Shown: one piece after another, positions 12,651 to 25,777 of the stretch | How the letters are laid out: every line of letters starts with the position of its first letter | Position numbering within the stretch: position 1 is the first letter of the stretch | The notes under the pieces: generated by a model | Told to the model about the DNA's origin: nothing | Database searches by the model: none | The model's input: only the letters and a program-made list of their open reading frames with translations | Position numbers and translations under genes: made by a program | From: Heterodontus francisci | Lineage: Eukaryota | Assembly: GCF_036365525.1 (NCBI RefSeq) | Contig: NC_090401.1 | Location: 50,470,771-50,534,770, forward strand | Direction of reading: 5' to 3' | Length of the DNA: 64,000 bases

Positions 12651-14134
12651 CAAATGGAATGTGTACATATGTGGTAACTGAGGGAGGTGGGAACAAGATC
12701 TAGCCTGCACATGATGCCTTCTGCAGTACACCAGTCTGCTGATACTCACTTTCAGACTTTGCAAATGAAGGATAGTCAAAGGGTAACTGGCACTCATTGA
12801 ACGACACTCCTGTGTCGAATTAGCACGTGTTGGAGGAGAGGAAGAAAATTGAGTCGACGTTAATAAACTACTGTCTGCCACTTGTATGCATCTATAGTCT
12901 AGAATATGTTGGTAATATGTTACCTGTATGCAAAATGTTTGCATGTATGTCAGTTTTGCATCTTTTAAGGTATCAGCTCAATTTCACATTCATGAAACAA
13001 TCACACAAAAACATTTAAATAGTTACATCATTGTTTCTCAAAAAATCCCATTCACTAAAAAAAAGTGACCACTTATGTCCCTTGAGCAGACATGATAGGA
13101 AAAGAGAAATTGGTTCTCTTGGGGGGCCCGGAGTTGGGGGGAGGAGAAGGTCAAAGAGCAGGCAATTACAAAGAGCTGCTTGAGGCAAAAAGAAGCAAAG
13201 TGACCTTATTGAGTGGGGGGTTGGGAGAGGGAGTGCGGCGGAGAGGAGCCTCTCCGGGACCACAAACAAAATTTGAGGCTTGAAAGGCCCATATTGCAAC
13301 ATACCCTGTCCTCTAACTCATTGTGTGCAGGAGATCGACTAATAATAAGGCAAACCTGAGTGTACAGGCAAGTGCACGGGTGCAGCAATATGCTATGCAT
13401 AGAACATCAGTATGGGCAAACAATGACAGCAAATTCCATGAGCAGTGGCCTTGGCAGAGATCACCAATGGCCGAAGGTGAGTCAGAACAAGGTAACGAAA
13501 GAAACAAAAATGCACAGAGCTGTAGAAAATAGGCCGGAGCATGAACAAGTGGCCAGTTTATTCAAATCATGTGCGATAAATGAATCACAACAACAGGCAA
13601 AAAGCAAGATTAACAGCACTAAGGTGTATCTGCATTGTTTAAATTTCCAACAACAAAATATCCACTGGGAGAAAGAAGGAAAATCCAGGGAGTTCCTGGC
13701 TTGTGATTCCATTGCACTCGAGCAATTAAATCTGACAAGGATGAATTACTGAATGAGGGTGTGTGCAGAATCTGAATTCCCTCCTCTTGTAGATTGCTTT
13801 ATAAACTATCCCCTGCAGCTGAATCGAAATATTTAATTTAGTGTTACTTTTTCTCCTTTTCCATCAATAGTCTTGCCTCCTGCCCTAAGGGTGTTGTTTC
13901 CCTGCTCAATTATGCCTCTATAATTTCCCCACACAAGTGATTAATGTTTGTGTGCAAGCCCAGAAAGGGAACTATTCAACTGCAGAGGCAGCATGTCAGT
14001 AAGGTTTTTGCATGGAAGCTGCACGGCTGAGGAGCAGAAAATGAAGTCATGACTCCAATGCCTGAGAGCTTAGACAACACGGCCTCAAAGTCTCACACAT
14101 TAACAATGGCCACTCAGACACGTAGCTCAAGGGC

Positions 14135-14545
14135 GGACAACAGCTGTCAGTGGAAACAATTTCTCCCTATTAGTTCCTTATCAAAATCCTGAAGGGTTTT
14201 GATGGAGTAAATAGGGAGAAACTCTTTCCACTGGCAGAAGGGTCGGTAACCAGTGGAACAGAAATAAGGCAATTGACAAAAGAACCAGAGGCAAATTGAG
14301 GAGATGTTTTTAATGCAGTGAGTTGTTATGATCTGGAATGTGCTGCCTGAAAGGGCAGTAGAAGCAGATTCAATAGTAACTTTCAAAAGGAATTGGATAA
14401 ACATTCAGAGGGGAACATTTTGTTGGACTATGTTGAAAGGGCAAGGGTGTGGGACTAATTGGGTAGCTCTTTCAAAGAGCCAGCACAGGTGTGATGGGCC
14501 AAGTTGCCTCCTTCTGTACAATAAGATCTTATGATTCTATTTCAG
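14135..14545 (+). mobile_element. CR1 LINE 3' fragment
   Basis: Residual WNVLPERAVEADSIVTFKR frame and CR1 3' UTR. Confidence 0.8.
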
Positions 14546-15957
14546 TTGCCAGACAATAGCCAGAACACAGGCCAAACTCATGATTTTATAAAGGATTTGC
14601 TTAACTTCCTTGTTTTTGTACTTATGCCTCTATTATAAAATCCAGCATCCTGTATACCTTCCTTAACAGCTTTATCAGCTTGTCCTGGCACTTGCAAAGA
14701 TGCCAAGCACCTTTGGGTAACTTCCCCAACCAGCTTTCTTCATGGTTGAACTGAAACAGTAAGTTGTGGTGGGCTGTTTGACCATGTGGAGCCTCACAAC
14801 CAAGGCTGATTCTGTCCTTGCCTGATGTCTGTGGACCTGGCACCATCCAGTAAGGATCACTTGTTTACTATCAGGAAGCAATTCTGTTCCCCCTCTCCTA
14901 AGTCCACTAAAGATTAGATCAATTACGAAACCCACGCCCCCACCCCACAATACCTCAACCCTACCCAACCACTACCATCAATCTGTTAATTCAGCACAAG
15001 TCACAATTTGGAGCTTTCTTGGTCTATATGGTACTACATCTTGCAATGCAATTAACCACTGAGTCATTGAGAGCCTAAAATCCACAATAGATAAAGCTGG
15101 ACGGTTGGTGCTGAGATTACATTGTTAACTAAAGCTGCAAAAGCATGAATTATGGTGAAGGGACACAGAAGACAATGGCAAAGTGACATCAGAAAGCATG
15201 AGTTGCCCTGAGCAATTACCATCCTCCTTTCAGAATGATCTGAAGTTTTTCTAAGAAGTAAAGCCCATCAGAGTTTTCAGCAATATGATCAATTCAGTAA
15301 ATGACCAAGTTAATTACATCTTCCGATGCAAACCTTCTTTAATCTGAGTCCTTTGTGATTACAGTTACAGAGACAATAATAGGTGGACAAAAGTGTGTTA
15401 CAAGGCTGTTAACGCAATCACAAAAGTCCAGGATTGGAATGACAAGCAGGTCCTTTGGTCTATTTGTACCCAACCTCCCAGAGGACCTCCTGAGCCCCAT
15501 ATCTATTGCAGCATCTGTCACCTGTATAAATCCGACTGAGGAATTCCGATGATTTACAATTTGAAAATCTCAGTTAGCTCAATAAACCCTCCAATTTCTT
15601 CTACAGCCCCCACGAGTGTTTTTGATTATTTGTCCCCTTGTCCCTTTTGGTTATCTGTGCCACACGATTTCTTCATTCATACATACCTACGAATGTACAA
15701 ACTAGGAGCAGGAGTAGGCTATTCGGCCCCTCGAGCCTGCTACGCCATTCTATAAGATCATGGCTGATCTGTTTGTGGACACAACTCCACTTTCCTGCCT
15801 ACCCCCCGATACTGAGGCAAAGGCAGCTCTGCAGCCACATCAAAACTGATCGCAAGATTCTGGCGAACATGGAAAACACACTGAAACAACCCACCAGGAC
15901 ATCCATTAGACTGATGCTGGGTGACTCACCAGCTGTCTGATTTTCCACACCTCCCCT

Positions 15958-16321
15958 TAAAGGCCTGCTCAGGTATGATATTGAAATCCCACCCGGGCCT
16001 GACTCGACCACATCCAACCTAAACCTGACCCGGACCCAAGTCCTTTGATTTTTTTTTTCCCGCGCCTGACCCGACCCGACCTAATAAAGTTAATTATATC
16101 AAACATGCCTTGTCCAAATGTTGTGATCCTCCGTTCCAGTAGCAGGCTATTCCTGCAGAATTGTGCAGAAGTTCCCTCCCTGAATAAGGCAGCACTATGT
16201 CCACATCCAGTCCGACCCAACCTGAGCCCAAATGCCGGACCCGGAAGAGAGACCCAATCCCACCCGAACCCAACACATGTCGTCGGGTCTGCTCAAGCTC
16301 AGGACAGGTAGCCATGCTTTA
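15958..16321. mobile_element. hAT-type non-autonomous DNA transposon (MITE)
   Basis: Imperfect TIRs taaaggcctgct / agccatgcttta, 8-bp TSD cctcccct / ccacccct, and subterminal (A)CCCGA motifs. Confidence 0.75.
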
Positions 16322-16493
16322 CCACCCCTCAGGTGCTGCAAGCATCAATTTGGAGTTTAGTCCGTTTAGACGCCCTCTTCTCTCAGTGATGTTTCATTTT
16401 TTCATTATGATTTCCTGCTTTTATGTTAAATTTCACTTCTCCAATCTTGCCTTTGACCTTCTTGTCTTTCATTTACCAATTACAATAATTTTG

Positions 16494-16886
16494 TCAGCTG
16501 TGACTCAGTGGGTAGCACTCTCACCTCTGAATCAGTAGGTTCAAGTCCCACCCCAGAGGCTTCAGCACAAAATCTAGGCTGACACTCCCAGTGCAGTACT
16601 GAAGGGGGTGTTGCACTGTCAGAGGTGCCATCTTTTATACATTAAACTGAAGCCCTGCCTGCCCTCTCCGGTGAATGTAAAAGATTCCATGGTACTATTT
16701 GGAAGAAGAACAGGGGAATTCTGACCATTGTCCTGGCCAATATTTAACACTCAACCAATATCACTGAAACAGATTATCTGGGTCATGAACATGTTACTGT
16801 TTGTGGGACCTGGCTGTCAACAAATTGGTTGCTGTGTTTTTTGGGATGTCCTGAGGTTGCGAAAGGTGCTATATAAATGCAAGTTT
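16494..16886 (+). mobile_element. Deu-domain SINE
   Basis: A/B-box head tgactcagtgggtagc...ggttcaagtccc, Deu core and tail gctatataaatgcaagtt. Confidence 0.88.
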
Positions 16887-17204
16887 AAAAAAAATTTTTG
16901 CATGAATGAGAAGTGGAAAGAGTTAAATAGTTGAAGTGATGAATCAGTATTCTCTTACTGAGGCTGTGGCCATTCACAAATGGCGCAACCAATAAATTCG
17001 ACAAGGGAGAAAAGATAACAGGAAGTGCATTTTGGTTAGACAGTTGAACATCCTGACAAGAAAAGATTGAGATGCAAAATAGGCAGAAGGAACAGTAACA
17101 GTCAAACAAAGAGACAGGAGTTACAAGACCATCCCTGAGCAATCCTGTAAATAGATTCAGGACAGGAAACAGGGCTTGAAGAAAATGTTAATTTCCTTCA
17201 AAAA

Positions 17205-17368
17205 CACATCATCGCCATTCTTTGTGGGAGCTTGCTGTGCACCATTTGGCTGCCACGTTTCCTACATTAAAACAGTGACTACGCTTCAAAAGTACTTCAT
17301 TGGCGGTAAAGCACTTTGGGACATCCTGAGGTCACGAAAGGCACTATATAAATGCAAGCTGTTTCTTT
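17205..17368 (+). mobile_element. Deu-domain SINE 3' fragment
   Basis: Matches the 3' third of the other copies. Confidence 0.8.
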
Positions 17369-18805
17369 CTCCTTGACATCAATCCGAATGTTAGTGGCAG
17401 GATAGGAAGTCCATGAGTATGTACGGTGAAAAAAACTTGTGTCTCAGCCTTGTCAAGAGGGACAGGAGGGGGAGGATAGGGGCAGTTCCTCATTGATGCA
17501 TTTTCTTTTCAACTGGAGCAAGTAAATCGAGCAGTTTTGATGGATTGTGTTAGTCTGTCTGCCTCGGGGTTTGAGTCACCTGACTTCTTGTAATGGCTGC
17601 TCTGGAAATTGCTTATTAATTATTACCTGTTGTGTGAAGCAATTTGACCTTTAGCATGAGAACGTGTTGACTCAAGAGTGACTCCGCTCCCTGCAAAAGT
17701 GCTAAGTCTTTGCTGTTCTACCGTGGGCAGGTTTGGGGTGTGGACTTCCTGGCAGTTAGTGACAAATACTCGAGGAGAGGTTCTTTTCTAAGGGAGGTGG
17801 AGAGAGTGAAGCACAGGAAAAGGGCAACCTTGTTTAGTTAGTGTTTATATTTAGGCACCCCAAACCTTGGGAGGTGGAAAAGCAGCCACTGTCCCCACTG
17901 GCAGAAGGCACACCTCCGATTGGATCACTGCTGTGCTGGGGTTTGGGATCAGCGTATTCTCATCATAGAGATGACACCTTGGTCGCAGGCAGAAAAGGAA
18001 AATGGGGGGAAAAATGTGAGGAAAAGCAGTCGGATTAAATAGAATAGGCATCAATACTCCTTTGATAGCTCAGTGGATATATGCATTGCCCCCATGTGTA
18101 AGTGACCCATATTGGCGAGGGAGACCCTGGTTGAAAGCGAGCTCTGTTATCTGGTCATAGCCTGGGTGGCAATGGAGATGCTACCTTTGGCCACAGTGAC
18201 TCCTGCTGGGAAATCTATGAATGTGCAGGCATTCAGCGAGAACGTGGTCAGACTCCCAACACTCACCATGTTGGCTCCCAAATGTAGAGTGGCTCCTTGC
18301 TCAACACCTTCACAAAAGGAAAATCCTCCAAGACCTACATCTCATTACAGCCTAATTTTGTGTACAACTTGGGCTCTTTACATTCTAAAAACATTTGGTT
18401 GAACAATTTAATCTTATGCATTATCCGCCTTAAAAATGGATTCCGTTTGAGCTAATATCACACAACCTTCTGATAAGAAAGAACTTTGGCCTTGAAGTTA
18501 TGCCATGGGAGAATATGTTGTATGAACATATTAGCATATTCATTCACAGCTCACTCTCGCCTCTGAGTCAGAAGGTTGTGGATTCAAGTCCTACTTCAGA
18601 GACTTGAGCACAAAATCCAGTCTGACACTGGGTTGGGGTGGAGTGGGTAGGAGGGAGGTGGGGGAGGTAAATGGTTTTAACAATGCTCTTTCAGTGAGGG
18701 GACCTGGGTTTGGTTCTAGGACACTGACAAGAAATTTCTGCTGTTCTATACAAGCAGATCTTGTTTGCACATCTTTTGTCCTGCCTCTATAATACAAGAG
18801 AACTA

Positions 18806-18990
18806 CTTTTTTTTAATTCGTTCATAGGATGTGGACGTCGCTGGCTAGGCCAGCATTTGTTGTCCATCCCTAATTGGCCTTGAACAGAGGGCATTTAAGA
18901 GTCAACCACATTGCCGTGGGCCTGGAGTCACATGTAGGCCAGACCAGGTGAGGATGGTAGATTTTCTTCCCTAAAGGACATTACTGAATG
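18806..18990 (-). mobile_element. SINE 3' half sharing its tail with the LINE at 48805-50092
   Basis: gatgtggacgtcgctggctaggccagcatttgttgtccatccctaattg matches 48820-48870. Similar copies lie near 4375-4445, 9375-9510 and 57730-57960. Confidence 0.7.
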
Positions 18991-19069
18991 AGCAAGTGGA
19001 AAAGAAAGATGTTTGCCACTGAACTCCTTCCTTCCAGGGGCAATCGTGCAGATTTTTTTGTTTGTGTGC

Positions 19070-19605
19070 CCTTATTCTCTCTTTCCTTCCTGAAGGCACT
19101 GTTTCCATCCTGGGATGAGCTTTCTGGTACCTCATCCAATTGGCTGTTCTTCATGTGCGCATCTTGATAGTGAGTACCAACAGGCTATTCAACTGTAGGA
19201 GGCGAGTGCGGGGTGTCACAGACCAGGTCTGATCCTGCTATTGCCTTATATCCACACATGGAGGAGTCACTAGATAACAATCGGGAACAGGAGCCTGGGA
19301 ATTTCTCCCACTATACCCCAGGGGGCTCTGGCCAGTAATAGCTACTCTTGTGGTGTCCCAACTAAGAATATTAGCTATCTGATGAAAGATGGCAGACCTG
19401 AAATGTTACCTCTGTTTCTTTCTCCACAGATACTGTCAGACCTGCTGAGCATTTCCAGCATTTTCTGTTTTTCTTTCAGATTCCCAGCATACGCAGTACT
19501 TTATGATTATTAGATAATTCGGTGCAGGTTGGAAATCTAACCCAGGGCCTTCCTGGTTTGCATGGCTCAGCTAACCTCACTGAACAGATTCATTGAATCT
19601 ATTGG
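19070..19605 (-). mobile_element. LF-SINE-like ancient SINE interrupted by a Penelope-tail insertion
   Basis: cctgaaggcactg...ctggtacctcatccaattggctgttcttcatgtg...caggctattcaactgtagg, resembling the reverse complement of the copy at 57088-57360. Confidence 0.55.
19378..19508 (+). mobile_element. Short Penelope pLTR/3'-tail insertion with degenerate hammerhead core
   Basis: ctgatgaaag...cctgaaatgttacctctgtttctttctccacagatactgtcagacctgctgagcatttccagc, with imperfect flanking duplication tattagcta/tattagata. Confidence 0.75.
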
Positions 19606-20639
19606 GACGGTGGTCCACCTGCACTTTAAGTGCAACTTGCCTGTGCCCACTGATTTCCACCAGAGTTTGTCATTGTCATGCAGACCAGAATGCCCCCAAG
19701 CTTGATTCAAGTCCGTGCTGCACTAGGCACTGCAATTCCAATTGGGACATTTAACTTGTGTTTCATTTCCCTGGGATCAGCAAAGGGAAAAATAATCAGA
19801 CAGGGTTCCTGCTCCCCATCTCCATCTAGTGGCCTTTGCTGCCCAGTGCAATTTGTGGCTGTCAGTTGAGGGCAGAATGGTGTTACACTGTGATAGCCTA
19901 CACAGTCGAATAACCCAACAGCATTGTCACACAGGAAGAATTGACAATTGGGAGAGACAATTGGCTATTGGCATGTTTGGAACAATTCTGCAACAAGAGT
20001 CAATACCTGGATGAGAATAGGGGATAAAGGGAGAAAACAAAGGAGAAGAAAGCTCAGTTGCAAAATTGCATAATGTCACTACTTTTAAAATGTAAAATGC
20101 ACTAACATTATTTGATGCTAGTAGTTTAAAAAAAATATAAACAGCATTATTGAAGCGTCATATGTGCCTTTAAGGCTGTAGCACTGACTTCTCTGTAACA
20201 TCATTTCCTGTGAGCTCATTTCCTTTCTCCCTTTCTTAGCTGATTGTATGTATTGTTGTGGCTGTTTCCTACTTGGTGTCTGTGCTGTGTCCATCTGTTT
20301 GTTTGTGCTTCTGTCAAAATAAAGTCTGTGTGTTAGAGGATGCGAGGAGATTCCAGGCCTTGCACGCTTTAAGCTCTGTGATGCACTTCCATCAGTCACA
20401 TGGTTGATATCATACACGTTCTTATGTCACAAAGTCTTGCTCTATACTGTGTGCACTCACTGATGTCATTCCAGCTGGGTCTGAGACTGCTCTGAATACA
20501 GGTAAGTGGCAGGCAAACTTTACAAGGCTTCGTTAAGTGTGTGTTGGGGGTTTGGGGAGATTATAGGCGAACACATGCCAACTTTGCCAGCTCTGGAATG
20601 GGTACCTGCAGCCCTCTCCCTCTCTCACCTGGTGCAGTT

Positions 20640-21070
20640 AATAGCACTGTCTCCCCTCTGAATCAGAAGGTTGTGGGTTCAAGTCGCAAACCAGAGGCAA
20701 AATCCCAAGCTGACACTCCCAGTGCAGTACTGAGGGAGTGCTGCACTGTTGGAGGTGCTGTCTTTTGGACGAGACGTTAAACAGAGGTTCCGTTTGCCTT
20801 GTTACGTGGATGTTAAAGATCTCGTGGGTACTATGTTGAAAAAGAGCAGCAGAATTACCCTCAGCATCCTGGCCAATATTTATTCCTCACTCAATATCAG
20901 AAAGAGATGATCTGGTCATTATCTTATTGTTTATGGGGCCTTGCTGTGCACAAATTGACGCATTTCCTACATTACAACAGCGACTATTCTTCAAAAGTAC
21001 TTCATTGGTTGTAAAGCACTATGGGATGTCCTGAGGCTGTGAAAGGTGATATACAAATGTACATTCTTTC
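20640..21070 (+). mobile_element. Deu-domain SINE
   Basis: Colinear with the other copies. Confidence 0.85.
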
Positions 21071-21487
21071 TATTTGCTGATGACTTAGTGAATTCTCATC
21101 TCACTCCCCATTATTTCATCTGAAAAATTGAGTCTTTTGTTTTGGGAATCAATCAGTTTGTGTGTTTTGTTAGTTTTATTATCTTGTACTTTCCTTTATA
21201 ACTTCCGCCTCTTCCCATTTTATTTGCCTTAGCCTGAAGCCACCAACCCCTTTTTTGTGGGGTCGGCTGCACAAGCACGAGACTCTCTGTTGCGCTTCAC
21301 TCAAGTGGTTGTTACGTGCGGGTTGCCAAGGTAAATGTTGGCAGACTATTTGACTGTGAACGGCTTCACAATCCCTCCTGTTTTCATTTAGCCGCCAATG
21401 AGGCCAAGGGCACGAAAACAGCCCTTTCCAAACCACTGACCCCACAAAATTTAAACAGAAACCAAACGGGATTCTAAGGGCCTAAGG

Positions 21488-21850
21488 TGTCGACCGTGGC
21501 TCTGTTGGTAACACTCTTGCTTCTGAATTAGCAGGTTGTGGGTTCAGGTCCCACTCTAGATGGAGTGCTGCAGTGTTGGAGGTGCCTTCGTTTGGATGAG
21601 ACGTTAAACTGCGGCTCTGTCTGCCCTCTCAGGTGGGTGTAAAAAGGTGCGATTTGAAGAGCAGGGAAAATGTCCAGGCCAACATTTATTCCTCAATTAA
21701 TGCCACTAAAAGATAGATTCTCATTGCTGTTTGTGGGAGCTTGCTGTGCAGAAATTTGCTGCTGCGTTTCTGACATTACAACAGTTACTACTCTTCTAAA
21801 GTAATTAATTGGCTGGAAAGTGCTTTGGGACATCCCTGAGATTGTGAAAA
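21488..21850 (+). mobile_element. Deu-domain SINE
   Basis: Colinear with the other copies, with an internal deletion. Confidence 0.8.
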
Positions 21851-22367
21851 CCAAATTCTGCTGGTTCCATGTTCAGATAAGGATGGATTGTTTTCAATGG
21901 TGACATGGAAACTTGGAAAGTTTGTGAAAGGCGCTACATTAATTCACGTTCTTGCTTAATTGCCAGGCTTTGGGGCCACAGAGGTTGTAAACCCCTGTAA
22001 TCATGGAATTGGAATTTTACCCCACAAAGGGAGGACATTCGGCCCATTGAATCTGTGCTGGCTGTGTGAAAGAGATACCACTTCACATTCATTTGTTTGT
22101 TCGCTAAAGCCTTTAAATATTTTCTTTTGCACAAAGCTATCTACTTCCCTTTTCGAAGCTATTATGGATTTTGTTTCCTCCAGAGTTTCTACGCGATCAT
22201 TCCATGTCCTAACAGCCCTCTACGTTTTCAAAGCTATCTTTCCCTTCGTCCTTTAGTCTTGGAGGATGCTGTGTAGCCGGTATCTTTTAGACCAATTGCT
22301 ACTTTACAGGGGCAGCGTCTTCAGAAAATATGTTTGGAATGTATTCCATGTTTTGGGAGAAAGTTGA

Positions 22368-22860
22368 CAAGCTCTGGAATTCCCTCTCTGTCTCTCTCTC
22401 CTCCTTTAAGAGTCTCTTTAAAACCTACCTCAGTGACTAATCTTTTGGTCACCCTCTCATAATATCTGCTTATGTGTCTCGGTGCCAAATTTTGTGTGAA
22501 AACGCTCCTGTGAAGAGCCTTGGGATGTTTTACTATGTTAAGGCGCTATATAAATGCAAGTTGTTGTTGTTGTTTAGAATCCTCCCAGATGTCTGCGCCT
22601 TGCGCGCATCCACTACTGTAATCCTCCACCACTGGCGGCTGTGCCTTTAGCTGCCGAGGCACTAAGCATCCCCTCACTAAACCTCTCTGTCCTCCTTTAA
22701 AATGCTCCCTAAAATCTAGCTCTTTGACCAAGCTTTTGGCCGCCTTTCAGGACATCATCTTATGTGGCCCGGTGCCAAATGTTGTTTGGTAATGTTCCTG
22801 TGAAGGGCTTCGAGACATCTTACTACATTAAAAGTGCTACATAAATACAGATTGTTGTAT
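22368..22860 (+). mobile_element. Two adjacent L2-like 3' ends
   Basis: aagctctggaattccctc...aaaacctacctc...ggtgccaaattt...gctatataaatgcaagttgttgttg occurs twice (22368-22573 and about 22585-22858). Confidence 0.75.
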
Positions 22861-23166
22861 CACCTTTTCCACTGTAACGTTATACACACTGCAGTCATGT
22901 GTCTCCATGTAATTTCCTTTGTTGTGTTGTGGGTTAGTGAGTAAAATGGTTGGTCAAACACAACTTTAGTGAACTGTGCCTCCTTAGGCTATCGAAAGTG
23001 ATAGTTTAAATGATGTTGTGCAGTTTTTGGGTAGTGTGAATAGAGTCTTTTGCTGGGGATGTCTAGTGCTGTTGAAGATGATTTTTGAAACAACTTTTTG
23101 AATTGGAGCTCATGTAACATAAGTTGTAGGTGCAGGAACAGTGCCCTGGGTGGAAAATGTACTCGT

Positions 23167-23770
23167 GTCAGCTGCGGCTCAGTAGGTCACACTCTCGCCT
23201 CTGAGTCAGAAGGTTGTGGGTTCAAGCCCCACTCATGTGACCTGAGCACAAAATCGAAGCTGACACTTCAGTGCAATACTGTGGGAGTGCTACACTGTCA
23301 GAGCTGTGCTGTTAAAACGAGGTGCTGTCAGGTAGAATCATAGAATGTTTAAGGCACAGAAAGAGACCATTTGGCCCCTCGTGTCTGTGCCTCTTTTTAA
23401 AAAATTCCACCAGTTGCCATGATGGGATTTGAACCTGTGTCCCCAGGACATTGGTTTGGGCCTCTGGATTACTAGTTCAGTACCATTACCACGATGCCAC
23501 CGTCTCCCCAGGGAGACATCTTATGGCGCTATTTTGAAGAAGAGCAGGGGAGTTCTCCCTGATTCTCTGGCCAAAAGTTATCCTTCGATGAACATCGCTG
23601 AAACAAATTATCTAGTCACTTTGCAGCTTGTGGGATCTTGCTGAGTGAAAATTGGCTGCTACTTTTTCTACATTACAACAGGGACTACACTTCGAAGGTA
23701 CGACAATGGCTGTAAAGTGCTTTGGGACATCCTGAGGTCATGGAAGACCCTAGATAAATGTCAGTCTTTC
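23167..23770 (+). mobile_element. Deu-domain SINE interrupted by a CR1 tail (about 23333-23395) and an inverted SINE head (about 23400-23510)
   Basis: The SINE head and tail are colinear on either side of the two inserts. Confidence 0.75.
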
Positions 23771-23997
23771 TGTGGGTGGATGTGACCTATTAGCTGCTGT
23801 CAGCCCCGGCATGTGGGAGAGACTTTCAGTCAGACCCCCAATTCCCTTGGTGTTGTGAATAGTGTTGCTGTCGAGGCCCAGGGGTAAAGGATGGACATGG
23901 AACTGTGTACCAAAGTGTTACCAGCACTGTGATCCCACACTCACTCCAGCAGGAGACAACACTTCAAGAAGTGGGGTGGAGAGAAAACTGGACGGGC

Positions 23998-24112
23998 CTG
24001 TAGATTGAAATAAAAGCAAGAATTGCTGTAAATACTCAACAGGTCAGGCAGCATCTGTGGAGAGAGAAACAGAGCTCACATTTCAGGTCAGTGACCCTTC
24101 ATCAGAACTGGC
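23998..24112 (-). mobile_element. Short Penelope pLTR/3'-tail insertion with hammerhead core
   Basis: The minus strand reads cagttCTGATGAagggtcactgacctGAAAtgtgagctctgtttctctctccacagatgctgcctgacctg. Confidence 0.8.
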
Positions 24113-24989
24113 AACTGGCCTGTGGACTGGTTCCCTTTGCCAAACTGAATGAAAAAGTCTCAGCTGTCGATGAGTAGCCAGAGATGCCAGACAAATGTGG
24201 GTCACATTTTTGGAAATGAATCATTATTATAATTAGGGCAAAAATTGTTTTGTCAATGTCTCCCCTTCCCCCTCCTCCTCCCCTTGTCAAATCTTACTTG
24301 AGAACAGTCCCATGTCCGCTGGCTACCCAATGGGATCTTGTGTAAATGTCCATTCTTCACGTGGGAGGCCTGGCCTTGAGTGTTCAACTGTGGACACCCA
24401 GATCCTCACCCAACATCAACACCTACTCGTGAACATTTTCCAAGAGGGATAGCAACTAGATAGCGACCTGGAGGGGAATCACTGATCGTTTTTAAAAAAA
24501 ATATATTTCTTTTCCCCTCACAGAGGCCTAATGGTGATCCTGGCTGAGCTAATTCCACAGTAACCGGGATTTGAACCCAACACTTCCTCGTTTGTGTGCC
24601 ACAGACTGTGACTGGTGGTACTGTTAGCCAGTAGGCCATTGGGGAGTGTGAGTTTTATCTTTATATAACCTTGCTTTACCATGTTGTATAAACAGAGGTT
24701 GTATTTTATGAGTTCTGAGAAAACAATGAACCTTTATATTGTTTCAGATATTTTGAGCATCAATAGTGTTTCTTATCTGTTGGCTGAACCATTGCACATT
24801 TGCACTCATGAGGGCTCATCAGATTGAGGCAGTGCAGAGCTGAGTCAAACAGACCAGGATATAGGTTCCAGGTTTCGTCTTGGCTCTGCGTTGCAGTGCT
24901 TGACGTCAGATGTGGGCTGCACTACAGGTTCATAAATTGGTGTCAGGGCCTGAGTTAAGGAAAAAAAAGATCTCACTGCAGCTCCTGTC

Positions 24990-25560
24990 CAATAACTCGT
25001 GCTAGGCCTCAGCTGGAGTATTGCGTCCAATTCTGGGCACCACCCAGAATACACCACCCAGAATAGAAAGGAAGCCAGGGCCGTGGAGAGAAGGTTTAGC
25101 AAAATGGTACCAGGGATGAGGGACTTCAGTTACATGGAGAGACTAGAGAAGCTGGGGTTGTTCTCCTTAGAACAAAGAAGGTTAAGATTCAATAGAGGTG
25201 TTCAAAATTATGAAGGGTTTTGATAGAGTAGACAGGGAGAAATTGTTTCCAGTTACAGGAGGTTCGGTAACCAAAGGACACAGAGATAAGATGGCAAAAA
25301 AGGACATGGGGGAGATGAGAATTTTTTTTTTTTTACACAGCAAGTTAATACTATCTGGAATGTTCTGCCTGACAGGATGGTGAAAGCAGAATCAATAGCA
25401 TCTTTCAAAAGGAAATTGGGTAAATACTTACATGAAAAATTTGCAGGGCTAAGGGGAAAGAACAGGGGAGTGGGACTAATTGGATAGCTCGACCGAAGAG
25501 GTGGCACAGGCACAAAGGGCCGAATGGCCTCCCTCTGTCTTGTTATGATCCTATGATTTT
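24990..25560 (+). mobile_element. CR1 LINE 3' fragment
   Basis: Residual YMERLEKLGLFSLEQRRLR and FKIMKGFDRVDREKLFP. Confidence 0.85.
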
Positions 25561-25777
25561 ATAAACTGTACCTTTGCGGACACTGGGTTAGGAATGGGCC
25601 AAGACTTGGCTTGTGATGCCCTTCACAGCCCTGTTGCTCACTGTTTAGGCTTATATAGGAAGAGTGGGTATGGCTGCCCATGAGACTGTACCCCAGCAAG
25701 AGATGGTGTTTGCAGAATGAGAGGACAAATTGAAAATGGATGTTCAGTAATTCCATTGAAAAACCTTACAGAAATGA

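Noticed and set aside
16494-16560. tRNA-like A/B-box sequences at many sites
   Set aside because: They are SINE heads continuing into Deu or V cores, with no complete cloverleaf.
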